From assembly GCF_000023965.1 (NCBI RefSeq), contig NC_013202.1, forward strand, positions 2,130,001 to 2,162,000: a DNA stretch of 32,000 bases, read 5' to 3'. A program made the position numbers and the translations under genes. Position 1 is the stretch's first letter. The number at the start of each line of letters is the position of its first letter. The notes under the pieces are model-generated. The model did no database searches and was not told where the DNA came from. It was given only the letters and a program-made list of their open reading frames with translations. The stretch comes from Halomicrobium mukohataei DSM 12286. GTDB taxonomy: Archaea; Halobacteriota; Halobacteria; Halobacteriales; Haloarculaceae. Positions 10,933 through 20,184 of this stretch are shown here, one piece after another.

Positions 10933-12891
10933 GTGACCTATCTGCGGCGATACCTCGACGGCGAGCCGACCGTCCTCGTCGTCGGATTCGACGACCCGCC
11001 ACAGGTGGCCCAAGTGGTCCCGGCGTACGAACTGGAGGGCGTGGCCGACCGCGAGGCGGCGCTCGCAGCGCTCGACGAGGGCGTCGTCTGCCTGCTCGCG
11101 CGCGACTCGCTTCCAGACGGGACCGGCGACGATCTCGCGACCGACGTGTTCGAGATCACTGACGACGTTTCCGTCCTGATCGCTCCGACGGCCGGCGGGG
11201 CAGACCGCGCCGGTGCGGTCGGCCTCACTGGAGCCCGCTACGTCCCCCCGTCGGCCGCTCGGGGCCAGTTCGCGACGGCACTGGCCAGTGGTGCCGAGTC
11301 GGGCGAGCGCAGGCGAAGCGAGTCGCTGCTGGCGGACGCGTTCGAGCAACTGCTCTCGACACGGAGCGAGACGATCTACGTCAAGGACTCGGACGGGCGC
11401 TATCTCGCCGTCTCGAACTCCGACGAGCGGGATCGCTCGCTGTTGGGCACGACCGACGAACAGCTGGCACGCGAAGGCGACGCCGACGCGCCACTGCTCG
11501 AACGCCGTCACCGGGACGCGCTCGCGGTCGCCGAAGGGGGCGAGCCGATCGTCGGGGCCGTCGAGCGGTTCGGTCACGGCGAGGGTGCCGCCTGGCTCGA
11601 ACGGACGATCTACCCCTGGCGGGTGGACGGTTCGATCGTCGGCGTCGTCGGCATCGAGCGGTCCGTCACGGAGCGCCACGACACCCGAGCCGCGATGCAG
11701 ACCCGGATCGACCGTCTGGAACGGTTCACCAGCTACGTCAGTCAGGAACTCCGGTCGCCGCTGCAGGTCGTCGACGCCTACCTCGACCTCGCCTGGGCCG
11801 GCGACGAGGTCGCCTTCGACCGTCTGGCGGAGGCCACAGACCGGATGGCCGAACTCGTCGACGCCCTCGAACGACTCGTCGACGGTCAGCACGTCGACAT
11901 CGAGCGCACGCAGACGGCCCGGATCGCGGCGATCGCTCGCGACGTGTGGACGGTCGTGGGCGATCGCCGAGGCTCGCTGTCGGTGGCGCTCTCGGACGAC
12001 GCTGTCGTCAACGCACCCGAATCGACGATCAGGCCGCTCCTCGAAGCGTTCTTCGAGACGGCCGTCGCCGCGAACGACCGCCCCGACGGCGGCCGGGAGA
12101 GCCGATCCGTCGAGGTGTCTCTCGGTGCGCTCGACGACGGCTTCTACGTCGAACACGCCCACACCGACGCCGCTGGCGACGACTCCGAGCCGGTGTCGCC
12201 GGGCGTCCGGTCGACGGTCGAAGCACAGGGGTGGACGCTCGCGGTCTCCCGCGCGGACGGCGTCGCGCGCTACGAGGTCCGCAACTGCATGCTGGTCTCC
12301 CGGACACCGCGGGTCCCCGAACTGTGCGCGGACCGCACGCTCGACGGCTCGACCACCGTCGGGAACGACCAGTTCGAGGGCCGTGTCGCCGTCGACGGCG
12401 ACCGCTGGACCCTCTCCAGCGGGCGCAGTTCCGACGAGGGTCAGCGAAGCGAGTTCGCGTACGCGGCAGTCGACGGACCGGTCGAGATGACGGCTCGGCT
12501 CCGTCGGCTGGACGAGGCCGGTCCGGACAGCACCGCCGGACTCGCGATCCGGTCGTCGCTGTCGACGGACGCCGTCTCTGGCTCCGTCGGGCGGACGGCG
12601 GAGGGCGGAACCGAGGTCCGCTGGCAGACGGCGGCGACCACGGCCGAAACGAGCCAGCGGCTGGACGCGGTCGTCGGACGGCACGACTGGTTTCGGCTCA
12701 CCTTCGACGGCGACCGGGTCACGATCTCCGTGTCGGTCGACGGCCGGTCCTGGCAGCCGGTCGACCAGCGCACGCTCGAACTGTCCGGACGGGCGTACGT
12801 CGGACTGACCGTCTCGGACACTGCGTCCCAGCGTCGCTGTACTGCGGTGTTCGACGACGTCTCGGTGCGAACGGTCGACGACGGGCGCTGA
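10933..12891 (+). CDS. Histidine-kinase-like protein with degenerate catalytic motifs (pseudokinase): receiver-like N-terminus, PAS, dead HisKA/HATPase, C-terminal jelly-roll domain
   Basis: It is colinear with the downstream paralog. The H-box reads 'YVSQELRSPL' (CAG at 11743-11745, where the paralog has His). The N-box, G1 and G2 are absent ('LEAFFETAVAAN', 'EHAHTDA'). A PAS-like segment spans about aa 130-245. The C-terminal ~180 aa shares the paralog's 'AGL(A/T)(I/V)R...W(F/L)RL...DG..W' pattern. Confidence 0.8.
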   Translation: MTYLRRYLDGEPTVLVVGFDDPPQVAQVVPAYELEGVADREAALAALDEGVVCLLARDSLPDGTGDDLATDVFEITDDVSVLIAPTAGGADRAGAVGLTGARYVPPSAARGQFATALASGAESGERRRSESLLADAFEQLLSTRSETIYVKDSDGRYLAVSNSDERDRSLLGTTDEQLAREGDADAPLLERRHRDALAVAEGGEPIVGAVERFGHGEGAAWLERTIYPWRVDGSIVGVVGIERSVTERHDTRAAMQTRIDRLERFTSYVSQELRSPLQVVDAYLDLAWAGDEVAFDRLAEATDRMAELVDALERLVDGQHVDIERTQTARIAAIARDVWTVVGDRRGSLSVALSDDAVVNAPESTIRPLLEAFFETAVAANDRPDGGRESRSVEVSLGALDDGFYVEHAHTDAAGDDSEPVSPGVRSTVEAQGWTLAVSRADGVARYEVRNCMLVSRTPRVPELCADRTLDGSTTVGNDQFEGRVAVDGDRWTLSSGRSSDEGQRSEFAYAAVDGPVEMTARLRRLDEAGPDSTAGLAIRSSLSTDAVSGSVGRTAEGGTEVRWQTAATTAETSQRLDAVVGRHDWFRLTFDGDRVTISVSVDGRSWQPVDQRTLELSGRAYVGLTVSDTASQRRCTAVFDDVSVRTVDDGR

Positions 12892-12908
12892 TTCTTTCGG
12901 TCCGTACG

Positions 12909-12916
12909 TTTATTTC
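12909..12916 (+). promoter_or_regulatory. TATA-like box (TTTATTTC) for the intact kinase gene
   Basis: It lies 22-29 nt upstream of ATG 12938 in the 46-nt spacer between the paralogs, so the second gene has its own leaderless promoter. Confidence 0.5.
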
Positions 12917-12937
12917 ACTCAGCGTGTAACCCCAGCT

Positions 12938-14917
12938 ATGACGCTCTCCCGTCGGTCGTTCGGACAGACGCCGACGATCCTCGCCGTCGAACCAGCCGAC
13001 TCCGACGCCCTGGACCCGCTGAGCGAGCTCGACCGGTTCGCCGTTCGCTCGGTCACAGAGCGCCTCGCGGCCGACCAGATCGACCCCGGTGTCGTCTGTG
13101 TGGTCGCCGCCGACTCCGATCGTTCGAGCGTCGATCCCGGAGCGGTGTCGACCGCCGACGGCGTCCCTCGGATCACCGTCTCCGAGACGTACGACGCCGA
13201 CGAGGCGGCTGCGACCGCTGCCGCAGGCGGAATCTACCTGCCCCTCTCGACGATTTCGCGTGCGTCGTTCGTCGAGGCGGTCCGGGACGTGGCCCGCCGG
13301 GGGGAAGCCCACTCCGTGGCCCGCCTCCGGACGGACGCCTTCGAGCAGTTGCTCGACGCTCACGACGGATCGCTCTCCGTCAAGAACCGCGCCGGACAGT
13401 ACGTCGCTGCCGCTGCCGACGGCGAACTGGACCGGGAACTGCTGTACGGCCGCACCGACGCGGACCTCGCGAGCGAGCGCGACGGCGCGTCGCACGTCTT
13501 CGAGCACGCACACGACCGAACGCAGTCGGTCCTCGAAACCGGGGAACCGATCGTCGGAGCCGTCGAACGGTACGACACCGGCGAGTCCGACCGCTGGATC
13601 GAGCGCACGATCCTCCCCTGGACGGGCGGAGCGGGCGAACTGCGCGGCGTCGTGGGCTGGGCGCGCGACGTGTCCGAGTGGGAGCGCGAGCGCCGGGAGA
13701 TGCAGCGCCGGATCGACCAGCTCGAACGCTTCACCGGCTTCGTGACCCACGACCTGCGGTCGCCACTCCAGGTCGCCGACGGCTATCTCGAACTGGCCCA
13801 AGCGGGCGACCACGCGGCGCTCGACCGCGTGGAGAACGCCAACCGCCGGATGCAGGAGCTCATCAGCGACTTCGAGACCCTCGTCGGCGACGCACACGAC
13901 GGCGACCCACACTACACGCGACTGGCCGACATGGCCCGAGACGTGTGGGAAGTCGTCGCGCGGGAGTCGTCGACGCTGCGGATCGATCTCCCGGACGAGA
14001 CGATCGTCAACGCCGAACGGTCAGCGCTGCGTCCGATCCTGGAGAACCTCTTCACCAACGCGATCGATCACGGGGGATCGGACGTGACAGTCTGGCTGGG
14101 TGCGCTGGCGGACGGTTTCTACGTGGCAGACGACGGCCCCGGTATCCCGGAGTCAGAACGCGCCAAGGTGTTCGAAGCCGGCTTCACGACGGCCGAGGAC
14201 GGCACGGGAACGGGGCTGGCGATCGTCGCCGACGCCGCCGACCGGCTGAACTGGGAGATCGGCGTCGAGGGCAGTCGTGCCGGCGGCGCGAAGATCACCC
14301 TCCGGAACTGCATGATGGCGACCGATCCGTCACGCCACGCGCCGGCCGACGCGACGTACGACCTCACGGACGCCCGCGACGTCGGCAGCGTGGCCCTCGC
14401 GGGGAGCGTGAGCGAGGACGGCGACGAGTGGGTCGTGACCGGCGGCGGTAGCGACGGCGAGCGCGCCGGGTTCTACTACGTCTACACGAGCGTCGCCGGA
14501 CCGATCAGCGTCCGTGCCCGCCTCGCCGACTTCGAAGGGGCCGGACGCGACAGCCAGGCCGGACTGACCGTCAGGGACGACGCCGCTGGCGGCGCTCCGT
14601 ACGGCTACGTCGGCCGAACGCCGGACGACGAAGTGGAGACCTGCTGGCGACAGACGCGGAGTGCGACGCCGATCAGCCAGCGCCTCGGATCGGGCGTGGC
14701 AGACGCTCGGTGGCTCCGTCTGGATCGGATCGGCGACAGCCTCACCTGTTACGTCTCCCGCGACGGCCATGGCTGGCGGACGATCGACCAGCGCCCGCTC
14801 TCGTTGTCGGACCCGATCACGCTCGGGCTGGCGGTCCACGGCGGAGTCGATCGGGACCGGGCGACGGCGGCGTTCGACGACGTCTCGATCCGCCGGATCG
14901 CTCCCGACGAGTGGTGA
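12938..14917 (+). CDS. Soluble sensor histidine kinase (PAS-HisKA-HATPase) with a C-terminal ConA/LamG-like jelly-roll domain
   Basis: The H-box is 'FVTHDLRSPL' (CAC 13748-13750), the N-box is 'LENLFTNAIDHGG', G1 is 'ADDGPGIPESERAKVFEAGFTT' and G2 is 'GTGTGLAIV'. There are no transmembrane segments. The C-terminal ~190 aa has 'GPISVRARLADFEGAGRDSQAGLTVRDD...ARWLRLDRIGDSLTCYVSRDGHGWRTID'. Confidence 0.88.
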   Translation: MTLSRRSFGQTPTILAVEPADSDALDPLSELDRFAVRSVTERLAADQIDPGVVCVVAADSDRSSVDPGAVSTADGVPRITVSETYDADEAAATAAAGGIYLPLSTISRASFVEAVRDVARRGEAHSVARLRTDAFEQLLDAHDGSLSVKNRAGQYVAAAADGELDRELLYGRTDADLASERDGASHVFEHAHDRTQSVLETGEPIVGAVERYDTGESDRWIERTILPWTGGAGELRGVVGWARDVSEWERERREMQRRIDQLERFTGFVTHDLRSPLQVADGYLELAQAGDHAALDRVENANRRMQELISDFETLVGDAHDGDPHYTRLADMARDVWEVVARESSTLRIDLPDETIVNAERSALRPILENLFTNAIDHGGSDVTVWLGALADGFYVADDGPGIPESERAKVFEAGFTTAEDGTGTGLAIVADAADRLNWEIGVEGSRAGGAKITLRNCMMATDPSRHAPADATYDLTDARDVGSVALAGSVSEDGDEWVVTGGGSDGERAGFYYVYTSVAGPISVRARLADFEGAGRDSQAGLTVRDDAAGGAPYGYVGRTPDDEVETCWRQTRSATPISQRLGSGVADARWLRLDRIGDSLTCYVSRDGHGWRTIDQRPLSLSDPITLGLAVHGGVDRDRATAAFDDVSIRRIAPDEW

Positions 14918-15022
14918 CGGACGGTCTCCCTGCTTCGTCTGGACGGTGCGTCGTAGAACCGTTCGATGCTGCTGACGGACGGCTGTGGGTGCTTCGCGTG
15001 AGAGTTTACTCCGTGACGACGC

Positions 15023-15406
15023 TCACTCGTCTGTCGGGCCGACCACTTCGTCGAGCGCCCGAAAGTACCCCTCGCGGGGCACCTGATACTCGTCTCTGTA
15101 GTCGATCCGGCCGGCGTCGAAGTCGTCTGCGAGCGACACCGCGGCGTCGATCGCCGCCGCCCGATCGTCGTACCGATCGGTGCCACAGTCGACGTCGGGT
15201 TCGAGGTACAGCGTGACGAACCAGTCGTGGCCGACGCGTTCGCCACCGGGGCGACGGCCCCGTTTACCACGCGTCACGTAGATCGTCGGCAGACACGCCG
15301 CCGGCAACGACCCTCCGTCGAACACGTCCGGCCGGTACGCGAGCACGATCCGCCCTCGCTCCTCGTTCCAGCGTTCCCAGGCCGGATTCAGCGCGTCGAG
15401 TCCCAT
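15023..15406 (-). CDS. Conserved hypothetical protein (127 aa)
   Basis: A clean ORF with haloarchaeal codon bias and acidic composition. I recognise no motif. Confidence 0.55.
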   Translation of the reverse strand: MGLDALNPAWERWNEERGRIVLAYRPDVFDGGSLPAACLPTIYVTRGKRGRRPGGERVGHDWFVTLYLEPDVDCGTDRYDDRAAAIDAAVSLADDFDAGRIDYRDEYQVPREGYFRALDEVVGPTDE

Positions 15407-15829
15407 GTGCGGTCGACGGTCGCCCCGGAGAAAGGTCCGACGATCGCTCTCGGAGTGACGACCGTAGCGGTGATCCCCGAGCGTCCCAGCCGGCCCACGC
15501 GGGCCGACCTACTTACGTAATCGTACTTTCTCGATGACAAATATTGGAATTAATGGCGACTCTGGTGGCGGCCGAGGGAAGGATTATATGTCTGTATCTC
15601 CCATACGTTAAATAGTATCGGAAACGGTTCGATCAGCGATATGGTACCAACGACCAGGATAACGGCGTTTGTCCCGGCCATTGGTACGCATACACATGGC
15701 ACGAAAAAGCAACAGACGCCCGGACCGTCGGTCCGAGCGTTCCAGTACTGCTGACCCGAACGGTTCCCGAGACACTGGTTCCGGCACGGCTGACGGCGTC
15801 GTCAGCGTCCGACCACACGCTGTGATAGT

Positions 15830-17902
15830 ATGACAGGCACCAAAGAATCACTCGAGGAGTTGAGCAGAGAGTACCAGGATTCCATTCCGGCGGATCTCCG
15901 GACGACTCACTCGTTCGACTGGTACCTCGACGAGCTGTACGACCACCCCACGATCGCCCGCAACGCCCACCAGCGCGTCGCCGACATGTTCGACTACTAC
16001 GGCACCGAGTACGACGAAGATGCCGGCGTCGTCGAGTACAAGCTCGCCTCCGAAGACCCGATCAACGACGGCGAGAACACCTTCTACGGACGCGTCGTCC
16101 ACGAGGCGATGCACGAGTTCGTCAACAAGGTCAAGTCGGGGGCACGCGGGCTGGGGCCGGAGAAGCGCATCAAGCTGCTGCTGGGACCGGTCGGCTCCGG
16201 GAAGTCCGACTTCGACCGACAGATCCGCCGGTACTTCGAGGACTACACGCTCCGTGACGACGGCCAGATGTACACGTTCCGGTGGACGAACCTCTGTGAC
16301 GTGATCGACGATCAGGACCCGGCCGACGACGTGGTCCGATCGCCGATGAACCAGGACCCCATCGTCCTGCTGCCACAGAAACAGCGCGACCGCGTCATCG
16401 AGGACATCAACGAGGAGCTGGACGCTCCCTACACGATCCGAAACGAGCAGTCTCTCGATCCGGCCAGCGAGTTCTACATGGATCGGCTGCTCGCCCACTA
16501 CGACGACGACCTCGAATCGGTGCTCGACAACCACGTCGAGATCGTCCGCTTCGTCGCCGACGAGAACCAGCGTCAGGGGATCGAGACGTTCGAACCCAAA
16601 GACAAGAAAAACCAGGACGAGACCGAGCTGACCGGGGACGTGAACTACTCGAAGATCGCGATCTACGGCGAGAGCGACCCGCGGGCGTTCGACTACTCCG
16701 GGGCGTTCTGTAACGCCAACCGCGGTATCTTCTCCGGCGAGGAGCTGTTGAAGCTCCAGCGAGAGTTCCTCTACGACTTCCTGCACGCGACCCAGGAACA
16801 GACGATCAAGCCCAAGAACAACCCTCGCATCGACATCGACCAGGTGATCGTCGGCCGGACGAACATGCCCGAGTACCGGGACAAGAAGGGCGACGAGAAG
16901 ATGGAGGCGTTCAACGACCGCACCAAGCGCATCGACTTCCCGTACGTGCTGGGCTACGAGGACGAGGCCAGGATCTACCGGAAGATGCTGCGCAACGCCG
17001 ACCTGCCGGACATCCAGGTCGAGCCCCACACCCTGGAGATGGCCGGCCTGTTCGGCGTCCTCACCCGGATCGAGGAACCCGACTCCGAGACCGTCGACAT
17101 GCTCCAGAAGGCCAAAGCCTACAACGGCGAGATCGGCGAAGCCGAGGACGTGGACGTGAAGAAACTGCGCGAGGAGGCCGCCGAGACGGCCGACATCGGC
17201 GAGGGGATGGACGGCGTCTCGCCGCGGTTCATCGGCGACGAGATCGCCGAGGCGATCATGGACTCGATGCACCGCAGCCGGCAGTTCCTCTCGCCGCTGA
17301 CGACGTTCAACCACCTCGAAGGGAACCTGGAGAACCACGGATCGATCCCCGAAGAGGAGTTCTCGACGTACTACCGCTACCTCGAACTCGTCCGCGAGGA
17401 GTACAAGCAGCGAGCCATCGAGGACGTACGCCACGCGCTGGCCTACGACGTCGACGAGATCCAGCGCCAGGGCGAGAAGTACATGGATCACGTCATGGCC
17501 TACATCGACGACGACACCGTCGAGGACGATCTCACCGGCCGCGAGCAGGAGCCAGACGAGCAGTTCCTGCGCGGCGTCGAGGAGAAACTCGACCTGCCCG
17601 AAGACCGCAAGGACGACTTCCGGCAGGAAGTGAGCAACTGGGTCTCACGGCGCGCACGCGAAGGGGATACGTTCAACCCGCAGGACAACGACCGCCTGCG
17701 CCGCGCCCTGGAGCGCAAGCTCTGGGAGGACAAGAAACACAACATCAACTTCTCCGCGCTGGTCTCCAGCGGCGAGATGGACGACGACGAGCGCAACGAG
17801 TGGATCGACGCGCTGATCGAGCAGGGCTACTCCGAGGAAGGGGCCAAGGAGGTGCTGGAGTTCGCCGGTGCGGAGGTCGCCAAAAGCGAGATGGAAGAGT
17901 GA
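15830..17902 (+). CDS. prkA: PrkA/YeaG-family AAA+ protein (annotated 'serine protein kinase')
   Basis: It has the Walker A 'LLLGPVGSGKSD'. 'DPRAFDYSGAFCNANRGIFSGEELLK...FLHATQEQTIKPKN' and 'EGMDGVSPRFIGDEI' closely parallel E. coli YeaG motifs ('DPDAYGYSGALCRANQGI', 'EGMNGLSTRF'). Confidence 0.92.
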   Translation: MTGTKESLEELSREYQDSIPADLRTTHSFDWYLDELYDHPTIARNAHQRVADMFDYYGTEYDEDAGVVEYKLASEDPINDGENTFYGRVVHEAMHEFVNKVKSGARGLGPEKRIKLLLGPVGSGKSDFDRQIRRYFEDYTLRDDGQMYTFRWTNLCDVIDDQDPADDVVRSPMNQDPIVLLPQKQRDRVIEDINEELDAPYTIRNEQSLDPASEFYMDRLLAHYDDDLESVLDNHVEIVRFVADENQRQGIETFEPKDKKNQDETELTGDVNYSKIAIYGESDPRAFDYSGAFCNANRGIFSGEELLKLQREFLYDFLHATQEQTIKPKNNPRIDIDQVIVGRTNMPEYRDKKGDEKMEAFNDRTKRIDFPYVLGYEDEARIYRKMLRNADLPDIQVEPHTLEMAGLFGVLTRIEEPDSETVDMLQKAKAYNGEIGEAEDVDVKKLREEAAETADIGEGMDGVSPRFIGDEIAEAIMDSMHRSRQFLSPLTTFNHLEGNLENHGSIPEEEFSTYYRYLELVREEYKQRAIEDVRHALAYDVDEIQRQGEKYMDHVMAYIDDDTVEDDLTGREQEPDEQFLRGVEEKLDLPEDRKDDFRQEVSNWVSRRAREGDTFNPQDNDRLRRALERKLWEDKKHNINFSALVSSGEMDDDERNEWIDALIEQGYSEEGAKEVLEFAGAEVAKSEMEE

Positions 17903-20184
17903 TGAGCGGCGAGGACTTCATCGGTCGGGCGAACGAGACACTCGACAGCACCTACGAGGAGCCCGTGAGCCTCGCGGCCTTCCTCGATCGGCTGTTCGAA
18001 CGGCCCGCGCTGGCCTCCCACGCCTCGAAGTACCTGCTCGACGCCATCGAGGACGCCGGCACCCGGACCGTCATCGAAGAGGGCGAGCGAAAGGACCGCT
18101 ATCGGTTCTTCGACGATCCCCACAACGACGGCGAGCACGCCATCCTGGGCAACACCGAGGTGTTGAACAAGCTCGTCGACGACCTGCGGTCGATCGCCGC
18201 GGGCCGGGGGAAAGACGAGAAGATCATCTGGCTCGAAGGCCCGACGGCCACCGGGAAATCGGAGCTCAAACGCTGTCTCATCAACGGGCTGCGCGAGTAC
18301 TCTCGAACCGACGAGGGCCGGCGCTACACCGTCGAGTGGAACGTCGCCGGGGCCGGCGGGAGCGACCGGACGCTCACCTACGGCGACGACCCCGTGGCCG
18401 ACGAGGACGACTGGTACGAGAGCCCGGTCCAGGTCAACCCGCTCACGGTGTTCCCACAGGACGTGCGTCGCGATCTCCTCGCGGCGCTGAACGAGCGCCT
18501 CGGCGACCACGTCACGCTGCGCTCGGAGGGCGACCTCGATCCGTTCTCGCGAGAGGCCTACGAGTTCCTCGAAGAGCAGTACCGCCGCGAGGGGGTCGAG
18601 GACCTCTTCTCTGCGGTCACGAGCCCAGAACACCTCCGGGTCAAGAACTTCGTCGTCGACGTGGGCGACGGCATCGGCGTCCTCCACTCCGAAGACGAGG
18701 GGTCGCCCAAGGAGCGACTCGTCGGCTCGTGGATGCACGGCATGCTCCGGGAACTGGACTCGCGCGGGCGCAAGAACCCGCAGGCGTTCTCCTACGACGG
18801 CGTCCTCTCGCAGGGCAACGGCCTGCTGACGATCGTCGAGGACGCGGCCCAGCACGCCGATCTGCTCCAGAAACTGCTGAACGTCCCCGACGAGGGCCAC
18901 GTCAAACTGGACAAGGGGATCGGGATGGACATCGACACCCAGCTGATCATCATCTCGAACCCCGACCTCGAAGCCCAGCTCAATCAACATGCCGACCGCG
19001 AGGGACAGGATCCGCTGAAGGCACTCAAGCGCCGCCTGGACAAACACGAGTTCACGTACCTGACGAACCTCTCGCTGGAGGCAGAGCTCCTCCGGCGCGA
19101 ACTCACCAACGAGACGACGGTGTGGCAGGCCGACTCCTGGGACGAGCTGGAGACGTGGATCCAGGAACCACTCACGGTCGCCGTCCGGGACAGTGCGAAC
19201 GAGGTGACCGACGTGGAGCTGGCTCCCCACACCCTCGAAGCGGCGGCGATGTACGCGATCGTCTCCAGACTCGACGCGACGGACCTGCCTGGCGGGCTCG
19301 ATCTCGTCGACAAGGCGCTGCTGTTCGACCGTGGCTACCTCCCGGAGGGCGACGATCGGATCGCGGCCGAGGAGTTCGACTTCTCCGACGCCGCCGCCGA
19401 CGGCGAGGGGGGGATCCCCGTGACGTTCACGCGGGACGTGATCGCGGACCTGCTGCACGAAGCCCAGGACCGCCACCACGCCGAGTTGCCCGTCGAACGG
19501 GTCCTCATGCCACGGGATATCCTCAACCGGATGGCCGAGAAGCTCGGGACTGCGCCGGTGTTCTCGCCGACCGAGGCCAGCGAGTTCGAGGAGCGCGTGG
19601 TCCCGGTCAAGAACCACGTCTTCGCCGAGCAAGAACGGGACGTGCTCGACGCCATCATGCGAGACAAGCGCGTCGACGAGTCGACCGTCGAGGAGTACGT
19701 CGAACACGTCTACGCCTGGGAGTCCGACGAGCAAATCGAGAACGAACGCGGCGAGTACGAGGAGCCCGACCCGCTGAAAATGAAGGTGTTCGAGATCGAG
19801 CACCTCGGCCGCTTCGCGGAGGACAACTACGACGGCAACGAGCCCGACGACGCCGTCAGATCGTTCCGGACCGAGAAGATCATCACGGCGCTGAACCGCC
19901 ACGCCTGGCAGTCCCGTGACGAGACGTTTCACGTCGGCGACGTGAACCCCAAGGAGATCCCCGTCATCCAGACGGTCCTGGGGAGCCACGACTGGGCCGA
20001 CGTACAGCGGGCCTACGAGGACTTCGACCCGCGCCAGTGGGACAACCCGCCGAGCGGGACCGAGACGGCCGACCTGAAGGAGACGACGATCGAGAATATG
20101 CGCGAGCTCTTCGACTACAGCGCGGCGTCGGCGGAGCTGACGAGCCGCCATGTCATGAGCCAGGTGAGTTACAAATGGGACTGA
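17902..20184 (+). CDS. Second, divergent PrkA-family AAA+ protein
   Basis: The start is set at 'MSGEDFIG', where ATG 17902-17904 overlaps the upstream TGA in TGATG. It has the Walker A '[11 protein letters not shown]', plus '[36 protein letters not shown]', which parallels the PrkA core. Confidence 0.85.
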   Translation: MSGEDFIGRANETLDSTYEEPVSLAAFLDRLFERPALASHASKYLLDAIEDAGTRTVIEEGERKDRYRFFDDPHNDGEHAILGNTEVLNKLVDDLRSIAAGRGKDEKIIWLEGPTATGKSELKRCLINGLREYSRTDEGRRYTVEWNVAGAGGSDRTLTYGDDPVADEDDWYESPVQVNPLTVFPQDVRRDLLAALNERLGDHVTLRSEGDLDPFSREAYEFLEEQYRREGVEDLFSAVTSPEHLRVKNFVVDVGDGIGVLHSEDEGSPKERLVGSWMHGMLRELDSRGRKNPQAFSYDGVLSQGNGLLTIVEDAAQHADLLQKLLNVPDEGHVKLDKGIGMDIDTQLIIISNPDLEAQLNQHADREGQDPLKALKRRLDKHEFTYLTNLSLEAELLRRELTNETTVWQADSWDELETWIQEPLTVAVRDSANEVTDVELAPHTLEAAAMYAIVSRLDATDLPGGLDLVDKALLFDRGYLPEGDDRIAAEEFDFSDAAADGEGGIPVTFTRDVIADLLHEAQDRHHAELPVERVLMPRDILNRMAEKLGTAPVFSPTEASEFEERVVPVKNHVFAEQERDVLDAIMRDKRVDESTVEEYVEHVYAWESDEQIENERGEYEEPDPLKMKVFEIEHLGRFAEDNYDGNEPDDAVRSFRTEKIITALNRHAWQSRDETFHVGDVNPKEIPVIQTVLGSHDWADVQRAYEDFDPRQWDNPPSGTETADLKETTIENMRELFDYSAASAELTSRHVMSQVSYKWD

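Noticed and set aside
15534-15611. A 25-aa ORF (MTNIGINGDSGGGRGKDYMSVSPIR) in the AT-rich core upstream of prkA.
   Set aside because: Its codon usage is AT-rich, quite unlike the rest of the genome, and it has no TATA at leaderless spacing. The region is better explained as promoter or leader DNA. Ribosome profiling would be needed to revive it.
15739-15746. GTTCCAGT, which resembles part of an archaeal origin-recognition-box core, in an AT-rich intergenic region.
   Set aside because: It is a single partial match, with no inverted ORB pair and no adjacent orc1/cdc6 gene. That is insufficient to call a replication origin.
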